From contig OX638340.1 in NCBI GenBank assembly GCA_951812955.1, positions 2,912,001 to 2,976,000 on the forward strand: a stretch of DNA of 64,000 nt, given 5' to 3'. This document shows, one piece after another, positions 18,725 to 27,854 of the stretch. This DNA comes from an uncultured Gemmatimonadota bacterium. GTDB lineage: Bacteria > JAAXHH01. The notes beneath the pieces were generated by a model. That model ran no database searches and was not told where the DNA came from. It worked only from the letters and a program-made list of their open reading frames with translations. A program made the position numbers and the translations under genes. How positions within the stretch are numbered: position 1 is the stretch's first letter; each line of letters opens with the position of its first letter.

Positions 18725-19626
18725 CATCGCGCTGGACAGCATTTAGGCGTTTTTCATTACTGCCGGTCCTTCTGGTCCTGTGCTGGATCCCTGGCTGTGC
18801 CGATCCCGATTCGGATACGGATTCCGCCGGCGCGGCCCGGGATGAAGCGCGCGTGATTGCGGAAGAGGTGATGGAGGCCATGGGTGGATTGGACAGCTGG
18901 CATGCCACCCGGTATATAGGGTTTTCCTTTTTCGGGTTTCGCACCCACTACTGGGATAAGGACACCGGCCGGTACCGCGTATCCTGGACCGACCGGGAAA
19001 GCGGCCAGTCTCACATCATCCTGATGAACCTGCAAACGGGCGATGGGAGCGTGTACGTGGACGGGGCGGAAGTCACCGACCCCGGGGAGCGGAATGGGTT
19101 TCTGGAGCGCGCACGGGGCGCGTGGATCAACGATACGTACTGGCTGCTGATGCCGTACAAGCTGCAGGATCCGGGCGTGGACCTGGCCTACGCGGGCGAG
19201 GAAGTCGTCGACGGGATAGTCTATGATACGTTACATCTCAGGTTCGATGAGGTGGGTAATACGCCCGGCGACGAATACTGGGCCTATATCAACCGGGACA
19301 CGCGCCTGATGGACAGATGGGTCTATCTCCTGCAGTTGCGGGAGGGACAGGACGAGCGAAGTCGCGGCGAATGGAAGTGGAACGACTGGCGCAAGTACGG
19401 CAAAATCCTGCTGTCCGCCGAGCGCGAAAGGATGGACGGCCAGAAACGCTCCCACGAAGACGTGGCCGTGTACGAACATGTGGCGGATCGGGTATTCACG
19501 TCTCCGGATCCGGTCACTCCTGATATGGTACTGGAACGAACCGATCCGGGCGATCCGGGCGCTTCTGAAGCCTCAGGTGCTTCAGGAGATACCGCCGACA
19601 CCCGGCCCGCCGGACGGTCAGAATGA
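18721..19626 (+). CDS. Hypothetical secreted lipoprotein
   Basis: There is a signal peptide with a lipobox-like LCWIPGCAD. I recognise no catalytic motif. The start overlaps the upstream stop (ATGA); an alternative start lies at 18706. Confidence 0.5.
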   Translation: MTSRWTAFRRFSLLPVLLVLCWIPGCADPDSDTDSAGAARDEARVIAEEVMEAMGGLDSWHATRYIGFSFFGFRTHYWDKDTGRYRVSWTDRESGQSHIILMNLQTGDGSVYVDGAEVTDPGERNGFLERARGAWINDTYWLLMPYKLQDPGVDLAYAGEEVVDGIVYDTLHLRFDEVGNTPGDEYWAYINRDTRLMDRWVYLLQLREGQDERSRGEWKWNDWRKYGKILLSAERERMDGQKRSHEDVAVYEHVADRVFTSPDPVTPDMVLERTDPGDPGASEASGASGDTADTRPAGRSE

Positions 19627-19636
19627 TGGAGCCTTC

Positions 19637-19981
19637 ATGTCCACTGTCCCTCCCGCGCCCGAACACGTGGCCCTCGACCATCCGGAGAAGGGCGCACTGA
19701 CCGTCTTCTGGAATGACGGCAGCGCGAGACAGTATGCGCTGGCCGATCTTCGAAAAGCCTGTCCCTGCGCCACCTGCCGAGATCTGCGCGATCAGTTGTC
19801 CTCCACTGGCGGGTTGACCCTGCTCGCCAACGAATCCCTGGATCCGAGCGTCGAGGTGATCGACATGAGTACCGTGGGCCGGTATGCGCTTCAGTTCACC
19901 TGGAAGGACGGTCACAATACCGGTATCTATACCTACGAGTTTCTCTATGGCGAAGGGCAGGATCTCGAAGCGCCGAGTTGA
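19637..19981 (+). CDS. DUF971 (gamma-butyrobetaine hydroxylase N-terminal-like) protein
   Basis: The pattern LTVFWNDGSARQYALADLRKACPCATC ... YALQFTWKDGHNTGIYTYEFL matches the DUF971 Zn-ribbon-like family. Confidence 0.65.
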   Translation: MSTVPPAPEHVALDHPEKGALTVFWNDGSARQYALADLRKACPCATCRDLRDQLSSTGGLTLLANESLDPSVEVIDMSTVGRYALQFTWKDGHNTGIYTYEFLYGEGQDLEAPS

Positions 19982-20051
19982 TGCCATGGATATGGATCCT
20001 TCCGTGTCTTGAAGCGCACGGAGGTCTATGGTCCGTGAAAGGTGGGATGTC

Positions 20052-21140
20052 ATGAAGGTCAAGGTTGGATTCCTGGGCGTTACCCATCCCCACTCCGGCC
20101 CCCATTTTCGCACCCTGGAGTTGTTGGACGGCGTGTCGGGAATCGTGGCATGGGACGAGGACGAAAATGCCCTGGGTACGTTGAAAAGCGAGGATCATGC
20201 CAAGCTGGAATCCACGGCGGCCACGTTCGATCAGATTATGGAACGGGAAGACATCCCCGTCGTCGTCTCGCTGGCGGCGAACGACCGTAATCCCGACTGG
20301 ATAATCCGGGCGGCAAGGGCGGGAAAGCACATACTTACCGAGAAACCGGTGGCGGCGAGCAGCCGTGACATGGCGCCAGCGCTCGATGCGGTGCGCAGCG
20401 CCGGCGTACACCTGGGGGTATACTACACCTGGCGGTCCAATCCCATTGTAAACGATATCCGTACGTTGATCGATGAGGGCGTTATTGGAAAGCTGATATC
20501 GGTCGAAGGGCGGATGGTCACTTCCCAGGTCCGATTCCGCGATCCCTCGCACTGGCTTTTCAAAAAAGGGATTTCGGGCGGCGGCATCCTGAGCTGGCTG
20601 GCCTGTCACTGGATCGACGCGATCCGGTACATTACCCGGAACGAAGTAGCGGCAGTCTCCGCCATGGTCGATACATTGAACGGACAGGCCATCGACGTCG
20701 AGGACACGGCCGGGATGATTATGCGTCTGGAAGGCGGCGCGATTGCCACGCTTCACGCGGGGTACCTCCTGCCGATCAGCACAGCCGGATACCTGTCCGG
20801 CAGCTACGACACCTACCTGAGTTTCAGGGGTCTCGAGGGCAATGTAACCTGGTATCCCACAGAGGAGGATCGACCGGTCGTCGTCGAGAGTACTTCGGGT
20901 GCCTGGAAAACGACCCCCCGCCGGGAGTTCAAGTACGTCATCGCGGAGACGGGCGCATACGGCGGCCAGTACGGACAGGATTTTGTCGACCGGTTCATCT
21001 CATCGGCCACTGGGGGAGATCCCCCGTCCGATGATGGGGAGAACGCCCTGCGCGTACTGCGGATCATAGAAGCCGCTTACCGGTCCAGCGAAACAGGACG
21101 CATGGTTTCCCTGGACCAGGACCGGTCCGGGGAGGATTAA
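20052..21140 (+). CDS. Gfo/Idh/MocA-family oxidoreductase
   Basis: MKVKVGFLGVTHPHSG opens the protein, ILTEKPV is the EKP motif, and the C-terminal domain fits the family. An RBS (AAGGTGGG) lies upstream. Confidence 0.85.
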   Translation: MKVKVGFLGVTHPHSGPHFRTLELLDGVSGIVAWDEDENALGTLKSEDHAKLESTAATFDQIMEREDIPVVVSLAANDRNPDWIIRAARAGKHILTEKPVAASSRDMAPALDAVRSAGVHLGVYYTWRSNPIVNDIRTLIDEGVIGKLISVEGRMVTSQVRFRDPSHWLFKKGISGGGILSWLACHWIDAIRYITRNEVAAVSAMVDTLNGQAIDVEDTAGMIMRLEGGAIATLHAGYLLPISTAGYLSGSYDTYLSFRGLEGNVTWYPTEEDRPVVVESTSGAWKTTPRREFKYVIAETGAYGGQYGQDFVDRFISSATGGDPPSDDGENALRVLRIIEAAYRSSETGRMVSLDQDRSGED

Positions 21141-21146
21141 GCGCCC

Positions 21147-21974
21147 ATGGATTCAATGAGTGGCAAGATCGTGGTGGTTACCGGCGCATCGACCGGTATC
21201 GGGCAGGCGGCGGCCGAGGCCTTTGCCCGCGATGGCGCAACGGTCGTCCTTGCGGCCCGTTCCGAAGGGAGGCTGGTCCGGATCGCCGCGGATATAGAGA
21301 ATGCGGGTGGGCGGGCGGTTCCCATGGCCGTGGACGTCACGGATCGGACCGCCGTGTTCGAAAAGATGAAAGAGGTCGCGGAAACCCTCGGAAGTATAGA
21401 CGTGCTGGTCAATAATGCGGGAATCGGCCTGCTGAGCCCGGTGGAGGGTATGGATCCGGAGGAACTGAAACGAATCTTCGAGGTGAATTTCTTCGGCCTG
21501 ATCTGGTGCACGCAGGCGGCGCTGCCCTACATGATCAGGCAGAAACGCGGCAGGATCGTCAACATCTCATCCGTCGCGGGCAAGCGGGCGCTGCCCCACA
21601 TATCTGCCTACTGTGCCAGTAAATTCGCCCTGCAGGCTTTCTCGGACAGCCTGCGCATGGAAACGGCCGAACATGGGATCACCGTTACGGTCGTGTGCCC
21701 GCCCCGGGTCGACACGACCTTCCACGACACGCCCCTGATGAGACAGAAGGGACAGCGGATGAGCGCTCCCTCGATCTCCGCCGAATATGTGGCGGCGGAG
21801 ATTGTACGTGCTACCCGCAAAGGAAGCCGGGAAGTCGTGGTATCCTTCTACGGCAAGTTCTTCGTATTCTTCCACTGGCTTTCGCCCCGCCTGCTGGACT
21901 TCATCATGAAACGTCTCTGGATGCGGCTTGCCATGAAAAAGACCAAAAAGGCGGGTACGGAAGACCAGGGATGA
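21147..21974 (+). CDS. Short-chain dehydrogenase/reductase (SDR)
   Basis: The motifs are TGASTGIG, NNAG and the catalytic YCASK. Confidence 0.9.
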   Translation: MDSMSGKIVVVTGASTGIGQAAAEAFARDGATVVLAARSEGRLVRIAADIENAGGRAVPMAVDVTDRTAVFEKMKEVAETLGSIDVLVNNAGIGLLSPVEGMDPEELKRIFEVNFFGLIWCTQAALPYMIRQKRGRIVNISSVAGKRALPHISAYCASKFALQAFSDSLRMETAEHGITVTVVCPPRVDTTFHDTPLMRQKGQRMSAPSISAEYVAAEIVRATRKGSREVVVSFYGKFFVFFHWLSPRLLDFIMKRLWMRLAMKKTKKAGTEDQG

Positions 21975-21986
21975 AGCCTGTTCCGG

Positions 21987-23408
21987 CTACCCGTTCACCG
22001 ATTTTGATATCTCCGCGACTGCGCCGAGGATCTTGTCCACCTCGGCCGCCGTGACCATGATATGCATCGAGGCGCGGTTGGCGTCCCAGTTTACCGCCAT
22101 GTGGGTCACGCTGCGGATGTAGATATTGTAATCTTCCCACAGTTTCGTATTCAGGTCCCGCGTGGGCACGCCCTTGATCCGGAAGGGAACCAGTCCCGCG
22201 TGCAGCCTCGGATCCTCGGAAGCGAATACCTCGACCCCGTCGATATTGCGGAGCCCGTTGGCCAGTTTGGTGGCCAGGTAGCGGATACGGGCCTCGATCC
22301 CCTCGGGGGTCAGGTGGTTGTGGAAGTCGAGCGCCGCGTTTACGGACACCCATTTCGGATAGCTGCTCGAACCCCGGCGTGTATACTTGCCCGCCGAAGC
22401 CATCCGCTCGAGAAAGCGCTCGTTCGTGGAGAGATCATTTCCGTACATGTCCTTGCCTGCGTAAGGCGTGGTCGAGATGACCGGCTCGATCCGGTCGAAC
22501 ATGTCCTCTTTAACGTAGAAGAAGCCGGACTGCATGGAGGCCAGCATCCACTTGTGCGACGGACCGGCGTACATGTCGCATCCCAGGTCGTGCATGTCGA
22601 GCTTGACCATGCCCGGCGGCTGCGCGCCGTCGACCAGCGTGATGACTCCCCTGGACCTGGCCATCTCGCAGATCTCCTTGACCGGCATGAACAACCCGTC
22701 CGTGTAATTCGTGTGGCAGAAGCTGAGCAATTTGGTCTTCGGCGTGATCGCGGCTTCGAAGGCCTTCAGAAGCTCGTCCGGAGAGTCCGGCGGATGAAGC
22801 TTCGGGTCCGACAGGTCGATGATCCCAACGTTCAGCTTGTCCCGGTGCGCGCGATTCAGCACGGGATTGGTTCCCGCGCCATGGTCGTGGTTGGTGTAGA
22901 GAATCTCGTCGCCGGGTTCGAGGACGGGGCCGAAAGTACCCGTGATCATTCCGTCCGTCGTGTTGTTCGCCAGGGCGAGTTCGTTGGGATTGCATCCAAC
23001 GTAATTTGCGAACTTGGCATAGAATGCGTCGGCGAATTCCTCGGTATAGAAATCCCTTCTGAAACTCACGTAATCATTGTTTATGCGGTTCAGCGCGTCG
23101 ATCTGCGCCATGTGTACGCTGCGTGGAGATGGTCCCCGGGTCCCGGTGTTCATGTACGCGATATCGGGGCGGATCAGGAACTGCTTGGTCACCAGTTTCC
23201 AGAATTTCTCGTCATCCGGTGCGGCGGCAGCGCCCATGTCGTTCATGGCTTCCGCGCCATGGGCCGGTTTCGTACCCAGCGAAAGAAGGGCGGAACCTGC
23301 CAGCGCACCGCCGAGAAAGCGTCCCAGAAAACCTCTGCGGCTTAGTGCCGCCAGTTCCTTGGGATTTTCGAATCTTGGATCGAAGTTGAAATCGGGCGAG
23401 GAGTACAT
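21987..23408 (-). CDS. Class V aminotransferase / cysteine-desulfurase-fold PLP enzyme with twin-arginine signal
   Basis: The Tat-like leader is LSRRGFLGRFLGGALAGSALLSLG...AHG. The PLP-lysine region is GPSHKWM. I chose the start at MYSSPDF, which has a GGAGG 7 nt upstream. Confidence 0.8.
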   Translation of the reverse strand: MYSSPDFNFDPRFENPKELAALSRRGFLGRFLGGALAGSALLSLGTKPAHGAEAMNDMGAAAAPDDEKFWKLVTKQFLIRPDIAYMNTGTRGPSPRSVHMAQIDALNRINNDYVSFRRDFYTEEFADAFYAKFANYVGCNPNELALANNTTDGMITGTFGPVLEPGDEILYTNHDHGAGTNPVLNRAHRDKLNVGIIDLSDPKLHPPDSPDELLKAFEAAITPKTKLLSFCHTNYTDGLFMPVKEICEMARSRGVITLVDGAQPPGMVKLDMHDLGCDMYAGPSHKWMLASMQSGFFYVKEDMFDRIEPVISTTPYAGKDMYGNDLSTNERFLERMASAGKYTRRGSSSYPKWVSVNAALDFHNHLTPEGIEARIRYLATKLANGLRNIDGVEVFASEDPRLHAGLVPFRIKGVPTRDLNTKLWEDYNIYIRSVTHMAVNWDANRASMHIMVTAAEVDKILGAVAEISKSVNG

Positions 23409-23579
23409 GGGAGTACCTCCGGTTCGGCAGCCTGTCACCGGGCAAGTGTACCACGGCACAGGTCGTGTGACCGCATCCGGTCGAAGTGGCTGTGATGCGA
23501 TGGGGAATGGTTACTTGAAAATATGTGCCATTGGGCGATTCGGGTCAACCTGTATTTAGCCAGAAGCCCAAGAATTCAC

Positions 23580-23607
23580 TTGACAAACCACCCCTTTTCC
23601 GTATATT
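23580..23607 (+). promoter_or_regulatory. Sigma70-type promoter of the cold-shock gene
   Basis: TTGACA (23580-23585), a 16-nt spacer, then TATATT (23602-23607). This implies a 5' UTR of about 140 nt. Confidence 0.5.
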
Positions 23608-23754
23608 TGCCACGAAGGTCCATATCTCTTCAATCTCTCCCCGACAATCCATGCGCAACCGCGAACCAGAGTATCTCGCCGACTTTGTCGGTGCCGTGTA
23701 TTCATTTGGATCGTCAGGGAAACCATTTCTTCCTAGAAGGGTAGGAGTGTCAGT

Positions 23755-23961
23755 ATGGAACGCGGCACGGTAAAGTGGTTTAACGAACGCAAGGGGTTCG
23801 GATTCATCGCGCGCGACGACGGAGACGACGTGTTCGTCCACTACTCGGCGATTGTCGCTCAGGGATTCAAGACGCTGAACGAAGGCGATGAAGTCACCTT
23901 CGAGATCACGGAAGGTCCCAAGGGACTCCAGGCCGCAAATGTAACCAAGGTGTCCAGTTAG
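23755..23961 (+). CDS. Cold-shock protein (CspA family)
   Basis: [18 protein letters not shown] (RNP1) and DVFVHYSAI (RNP2) are present in a 68-aa protein. An RBS (GGAG) lies upstream. Confidence 0.95.
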   Translation: MERGTVKWFNERKGFGFIARDDGDDVFVHYSAIVAQGFKTLNEGDEVTFEITEGPKGLQAANVTKVSS

Positions 23962-23994
23962 AGGACACCTTCCATAGTGCAGAACAGATCAGAT

Positions 23995-24038
23995 AGCCCG
24001 TGGGCCGATTGACACCGTCTCACGGGCTATTTTGTTTC
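23995..24038 (+). terminator. Rho-independent terminator after csp
   Basis: The stem AGCCCGTG (23995-24002) pairs with CACGGGCT (24021-24028) and is followed by ATTTTGTTT. Confidence 0.7.
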
Positions 24039-24129
24039 AAATACCGCAACCGCGACTGCAGACATCAGCATCCCGTCCGCGGCAGGCATCAGGAGCCGCC
24101 CGAATGTCGGGTGATAAGGAGTTCATCAA

Positions 24130-25032
24130 ATGCCCGGCGAAATCACGCCCTTACCGTTGACCGGTTTCTCTACGTCCTGCTTCGAGTTCCACTTCCCCCG
24201 CCTCAGCATTGGCATTGCCGAATACGACGAAGGCCCAACGGGATGTACGGTATTCATTTTCGACCAGGGCGCCGTCACCGCCGTCGACATACGGGGAGGC
24301 ATGCCCGGTGTCGTCGAATCTGAGTACCGGTTCCACCACGCCATTTGTTTCGCTGGCGGGTCGTTGCACGGACTTGAAGCTGTTTCCGGTGTGCGGTCCG
24401 TCCTGACCGCCAAAGAAACCCCCAGTAATCCACCACCGCTGCCCCTGGTCGCTGGCGCGATCATTTTCGACTGGTTTAAACGAAAGGGCTTCATCTACCC
24501 GGACAAGGCGCTCGGCGCGGCCGCTGCGGAAGCGGCGTCCAAGGGTCGTTTCTACAATGGCCGTCGCGGCGCGGGACGCTGGGCGGGCGTGGGGCAGGGC
24601 GGCGCATACAGGGAGATCGGACCGACGAAGATTGCCGTTTTCACCGTGGTGAACGCTCTGGGCGATATCGTCGACCGAGATGGCCGGGTGCGTACACGGG
24701 ATCACATCCATCCCTGTGAAAAACTCGAGGCCCGTCTCGCCAGGGGAGGGAGGTCATCAGCCGACCAGGTGGGACAACACACTACCCTGACGCTCGTCGT
24801 GACCAACCAGAAATGGGATCACGGCGAACTGAGCCAGATCGGAAGACAGGTTCACGCCTCCATGGCCCGCGCGATCCAACCCTTCCACACGATGCGGGAC
24901 GGGGACGTACTCTTTACGGCTACGACCGGCGAAGTGGAGAACAAGCGACTCAAGAGCTCGATGGACTTCGGGATGATCGCCTCGGAACTGGCGTGGGATG
25001 CCGTGCTAAACAGCCTGGGGGAAGAGGACTGA
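24130..25032 (+). CDS. P1/S58-family (DmpA-like) aminopeptidase
   Basis: The blocks are GPTGCTVFIF, AVDIRGG, HTTLTLVVTNQ (putative self-processing/nucleophile Thr) and DGDVLFTATTGE. Confidence 0.8.
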   Translation: MPGEITPLPLTGFSTSCFEFHFPRLSIGIAEYDEGPTGCTVFIFDQGAVTAVDIRGGMPGVVESEYRFHHAICFAGGSLHGLEAVSGVRSVLTAKETPSNPPPLPLVAGAIIFDWFKRKGFIYPDKALGAAAAEAASKGRFYNGRRGAGRWAGVGQGGAYREIGPTKIAVFTVVNALGDIVDRDGRVRTRDHIHPCEKLEARLARGGRSSADQVGQHTTLTLVVTNQKWDHGELSQIGRQVHASMARAIQPFHTMRDGDVLFTATTGEVENKRLKSSMDFGMIASELAWDAVLNSLGEED

Positions 25033-25075
25033 AGGGACGAGGGCGCCGGGATTGAAGATCAGGTCAAGCCGCTTT

Positions 25076-25165
25076 GGAGCGGACGCCGCTGGCACGGATC
25101 GAATCGGAGCGGACGCCGTTGACAAGGCTCCAATCGGGGCGACCGCCGCTGACAAGGCTCGAAAT
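25076..25165. repeat. 30-bp tandem repeat x3 in a convergent intergenic region
   Basis: The units are GGAGCGGACGCCGCTGGCACGGATCGAATC, GGAGCGGACGCCGTTGACAAGGCTCCAATC and GGGGCGACCGCCGCTGACAAGGCTCGAAAT. Confidence 0.8.
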
Positions 25166-25179
25166 TGACAACGCCTGGA

Positions 25180-27717
25180 TTACCGCGCGAGGTTTTCGTA
25201 GACCGCTTGCGCTTCACGGAACTGGCCGATCACGTGGTCTATCTCTTCCTGTGAGCGCCAGCCCGGGTGCGCTTCGGCCATTTCGATGAGCCGGTCGATC
25301 CACCGGACGAAATACCCGGCGGATTCCCGGTTGCGGATCGGATCATCTCCCACGTAGATCCGTATGGGTTGTGTCGTGGCCAGCGGAAAACGGTCGTCGA
25401 TGGGGTGGGTCCAGGGGGCACCTTCTGCCTGGAAGGTGTACCATCCGCTCTCACGAACCGTCCACTCTTCCTCGAAGACCGCACGCTTTCCGTCTTCGGC
25501 CAGGGGTATTTCCTTCACAATCTGCCCATTCCTGTAGACCAATACCTTCTCGAGCGGGACGATGCTGTGCATTTCGCCGGCGAGCGAGATCGCACCGCCC
25601 TCTTCAGGTAGATGGATGGTCTCGCCGGGTCCCATGCCGTTGATGGTAAACCCCAGGAGCGGTCCGTTGGTGGCAAAAGTCCGACCGGCCTTCAGTCCCG
25701 CCAGCCAGGCGTCCCAGGACAGGGATTCGTCGCCCAGGTGGACATAGGACCGGACCTGTCCCACGATTGCGGTCCGGTACATGCTGCTGATCGAATCCTC
25801 ACCGCCGGTCAGGACGATGTTGAAGTCGTTGTTGAGCAAATGGTGCCATACGCTGAGGACGGCATGGCCGGCCCCGGAGATCTCGAGTGCTTCCACGGTT
25901 CCCAGTGCCGCGTCGACGGGAAAAGCCTTGGCGCCGCCCAGCGTCGGGTTGTCTCCCCCCAGCGGATCCGCATCGCCGAAAAAGGGATGGACGTATCCGC
26001 GGAAGGCGCCCTGTTCTCCGGCCAGCCGCAACATGTCCGTGTTCGATGGGTAGAGGCTGTGTATTGCGGTTCCCTCGTAGCCGGACGCAAAGGGCGACAG
26101 CAGAAAGTCCGAAAGGTCGATGAAGTAGACGTGACCGTGAAAGGCCGGCCGGTATTCCTCGCCCACGTGCAGGATGCGGTCCGGCGTGGACAGGGCGTCC
26201 GGCCTGCCCGTGAAAAACTGGTAGTCCAGCACGCGGTTGTCCTTGTTTGCCACGAGTTCGTTGACCACGGCCTGATCTTCCGCGTCCGACATGTGCATCA
26301 GGTTCTCCAGGGTGTTATGCAGGTCGCCTGCGTAGTTCATATGCACGTGGGTGCTGCCGCTGTACCAGCCCCTGGAGGGCATGTCCACCATGCGTGAGAG
26401 CGTAAGGGCAACAGCGGTGGTCTTGCCTTCCTCGATCTCTACTGTAGTGCTCACGGGATGATATTCAAAGCCCCGCATGGCTTCCACCGTCAAGGGTCCG
26501 GACGGAACATCGAGGACGAACGAACCGGCACCATGAAAGAAATGCTCGCGGAGACGGCCGACGCGGTGGTAGGCGCCCTCCGGGGCATAGGATTTCCCGT
26601 CTTCGGCTTTTACATAGACACGGGCCGCGGTCGGCTTTCCCGTTTCACCGTCCAGCACGGTGACCGCAGCGCGACCGTGGGAACCGCGCCAGCGCTTTTC
26701 GTTGATCTTGACGTCAGTCAGTCTGCCTCCGACGGTTTCCATGACTCGCATCACGGGCAAACCGGGTTGATTTGAGATAAAGGCGATTTTGGAACCGTCC
26801 GGCGACCAGCGGGGGTAGAAGTCGTCCCATTCGCCGAAGGTGATTTTATATGGGTGCCCCCCGTCTGCCGGCAGGAGGTAGAGTTTCGTGTACTGGCCGC
26901 CGCTGTGGGAGGCATAGACAAAGCGTGAGCCGTCCGGAGACCAGTGCGGACGCGTCCGGTACAGGGTCTGTTCTTCGTGGACGATCCAAGCTTTGTCGAT
27001 ACCGTCCGGTTCGACCGGCATGCGCCATACGGCACCCGATCCAAGTGGGATGCCCCGGTTGCTGACGAACATGAGTTCCTTGCCGTCGGGCGACCAGTGC
27101 GGTTCGATGTGCAGGTCGTACGCGCCGAAATACAGGCGGCGCTTACCGTAGTCATTGTCCCGCGTCAGCTGAATCGGATCTCCGGAGGCGAGGCCGTCTT
27201 TCATGTCCTGAACGAAGATGTTGAAATAGCCGCCGGGTTCCGTGGACACGTAGGCCAGCCTGGAGCCATCGGGCGACCACGCAGGGTCGAGATACAGGTG
27301 GTCTCCGGTAGTCAGCGGCGTGGATGCTCCCGTTTCCACGTCCAGGACCATGAGATCGATCGTCCTGTTGTCGGTTTCAGCCGTGTATACGATCCACCTG
27401 CCGTTGGGCGACCAGGCCGGCGAGGAATCGTAGGTTTCGTTATCGGTAAGTTCGTATGCGATGTTTTCGCCCAGCCCGATACGCCATATGGAACCGTGCA
27501 GGCCAAAGGCCAGTTCGTTTCCTTCGGGCGACCACGCCGGCCGCCGGGGCGTAGTCGTCGAGGGCGGCGGCAGGTAGAAGTTGTGCATGTAGTTGCCGCC
27601 GGTCAGGGCGGCCTGGTACGCCGTGGGAGGGGGTTGCTGGGACACCGAGCGATCTGTCGCCGCCAGGCAGCAGAAGGCCAGCACCAGTCGCAGGGAACCG
27701 GGTAGTCTCGTCATCAT
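25180..27717 (-). CDS. Secreted PD40/TolB-like beta-propeller protein fused to a CehA/McbA-type (PHP-like) metallohydrolase domain
   Basis: A signal peptide is present. WSPDG/WSPNG repeats recur through the N-terminal half. The C-terminal half has GSTHVHMNY and later His/Asp-rich blocks. Confidence 0.7.
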   Translation of the reverse strand: MMTRLPGSLRLVLAFCCLAATDRSVSQQPPPTAYQAALTGGNYMHNFYLPPPSTTTPRRPAWSPEGNELAFGLHGSIWRIGLGENIAYELTDNETYDSSPAWSPNGRWIVYTAETDNRTIDLMVLDVETGASTPLTTGDHLYLDPAWSPDGSRLAYVSTEPGGYFNIFVQDMKDGLASGDPIQLTRDNDYGKRRLYFGAYDLHIEPHWSPDGKELMFVSNRGIPLGSGAVWRMPVEPDGIDKAWIVHEEQTLYRTRPHWSPDGSRFVYASHSGGQYTKLYLLPADGGHPYKITFGEWDDFYPRWSPDGSKIAFISNQPGLPVMRVMETVGGRLTDVKINEKRWRGSHGRAAVTVLDGETGKPTAARVYVKAEDGKSYAPEGAYHRVGRLREHFFHGAGSFVLDVPSGPLTVEAMRGFEYHPVSTTVEIEEGKTTAVALTLSRMVDMPSRGWYSGSTHVHMNYAGDLHNTLENLMHMSDAEDQAVVNELVANKDNRVLDYQFFTGRPDALSTPDRILHVGEEYRPAFHGHVYFIDLSDFLLSPFASGYEGTAIHSLYPSNTDMLRLAGEQGAFRGYVHPFFGDADPLGGDNPTLGGAKAFPVDAALGTVEALEISGAGHAVLSVWHHLLNNDFNIVLTGGEDSISSMYRTAIVGQVRSYVHLGDESLSWDAWLAGLKAGRTFATNGPLLGFTINGMGPGETIHLPEEGGAISLAGEMHSIVPLEKVLVYRNGQIVKEIPLAEDGKRAVFEEEWTVRESGWYTFQAEGAPWTHPIDDRFPLATTQPIRIYVGDDPIRNRESAGYFVRWIDRLIEMAEAHPGWRSQEEIDHVIGQFREAQAVYENLAR

Positions 27718-27854
27718 GTCACTCCGCGGTTATGTAGATGGCTTTCCATTCAAGTCCGCTCTTATGGGATGGGCAGCGAACGGTGGAATATTGAGGCTTT
27801 CGTACGCGAACCGCGTATCCATGTTGGACTTGCGGGTGGGACCTACGCCACGAA

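Noticed and set aside
25076-25165. A possible CRISPR array, suggested by the regular 30-bp periodicity.
   Set aside because: The units are directly adjacent with no unique spacers, there are only three copies, and the window has no cas genes.
25074-25289. A 71-aa ORF translating the 30-bp repeats into ERTPLxRxxS decapeptide repeats. A similar ERTPVERT stretch appears in ORF 48836-49171(-).
   Set aside because: The ORF runs antisense into the 3' end of the PD40 gene and has no RBS. The peptide periodicity is a direct consequence of a 30-bp DNA repeat. I therefore treat it as a non-coding repeat.
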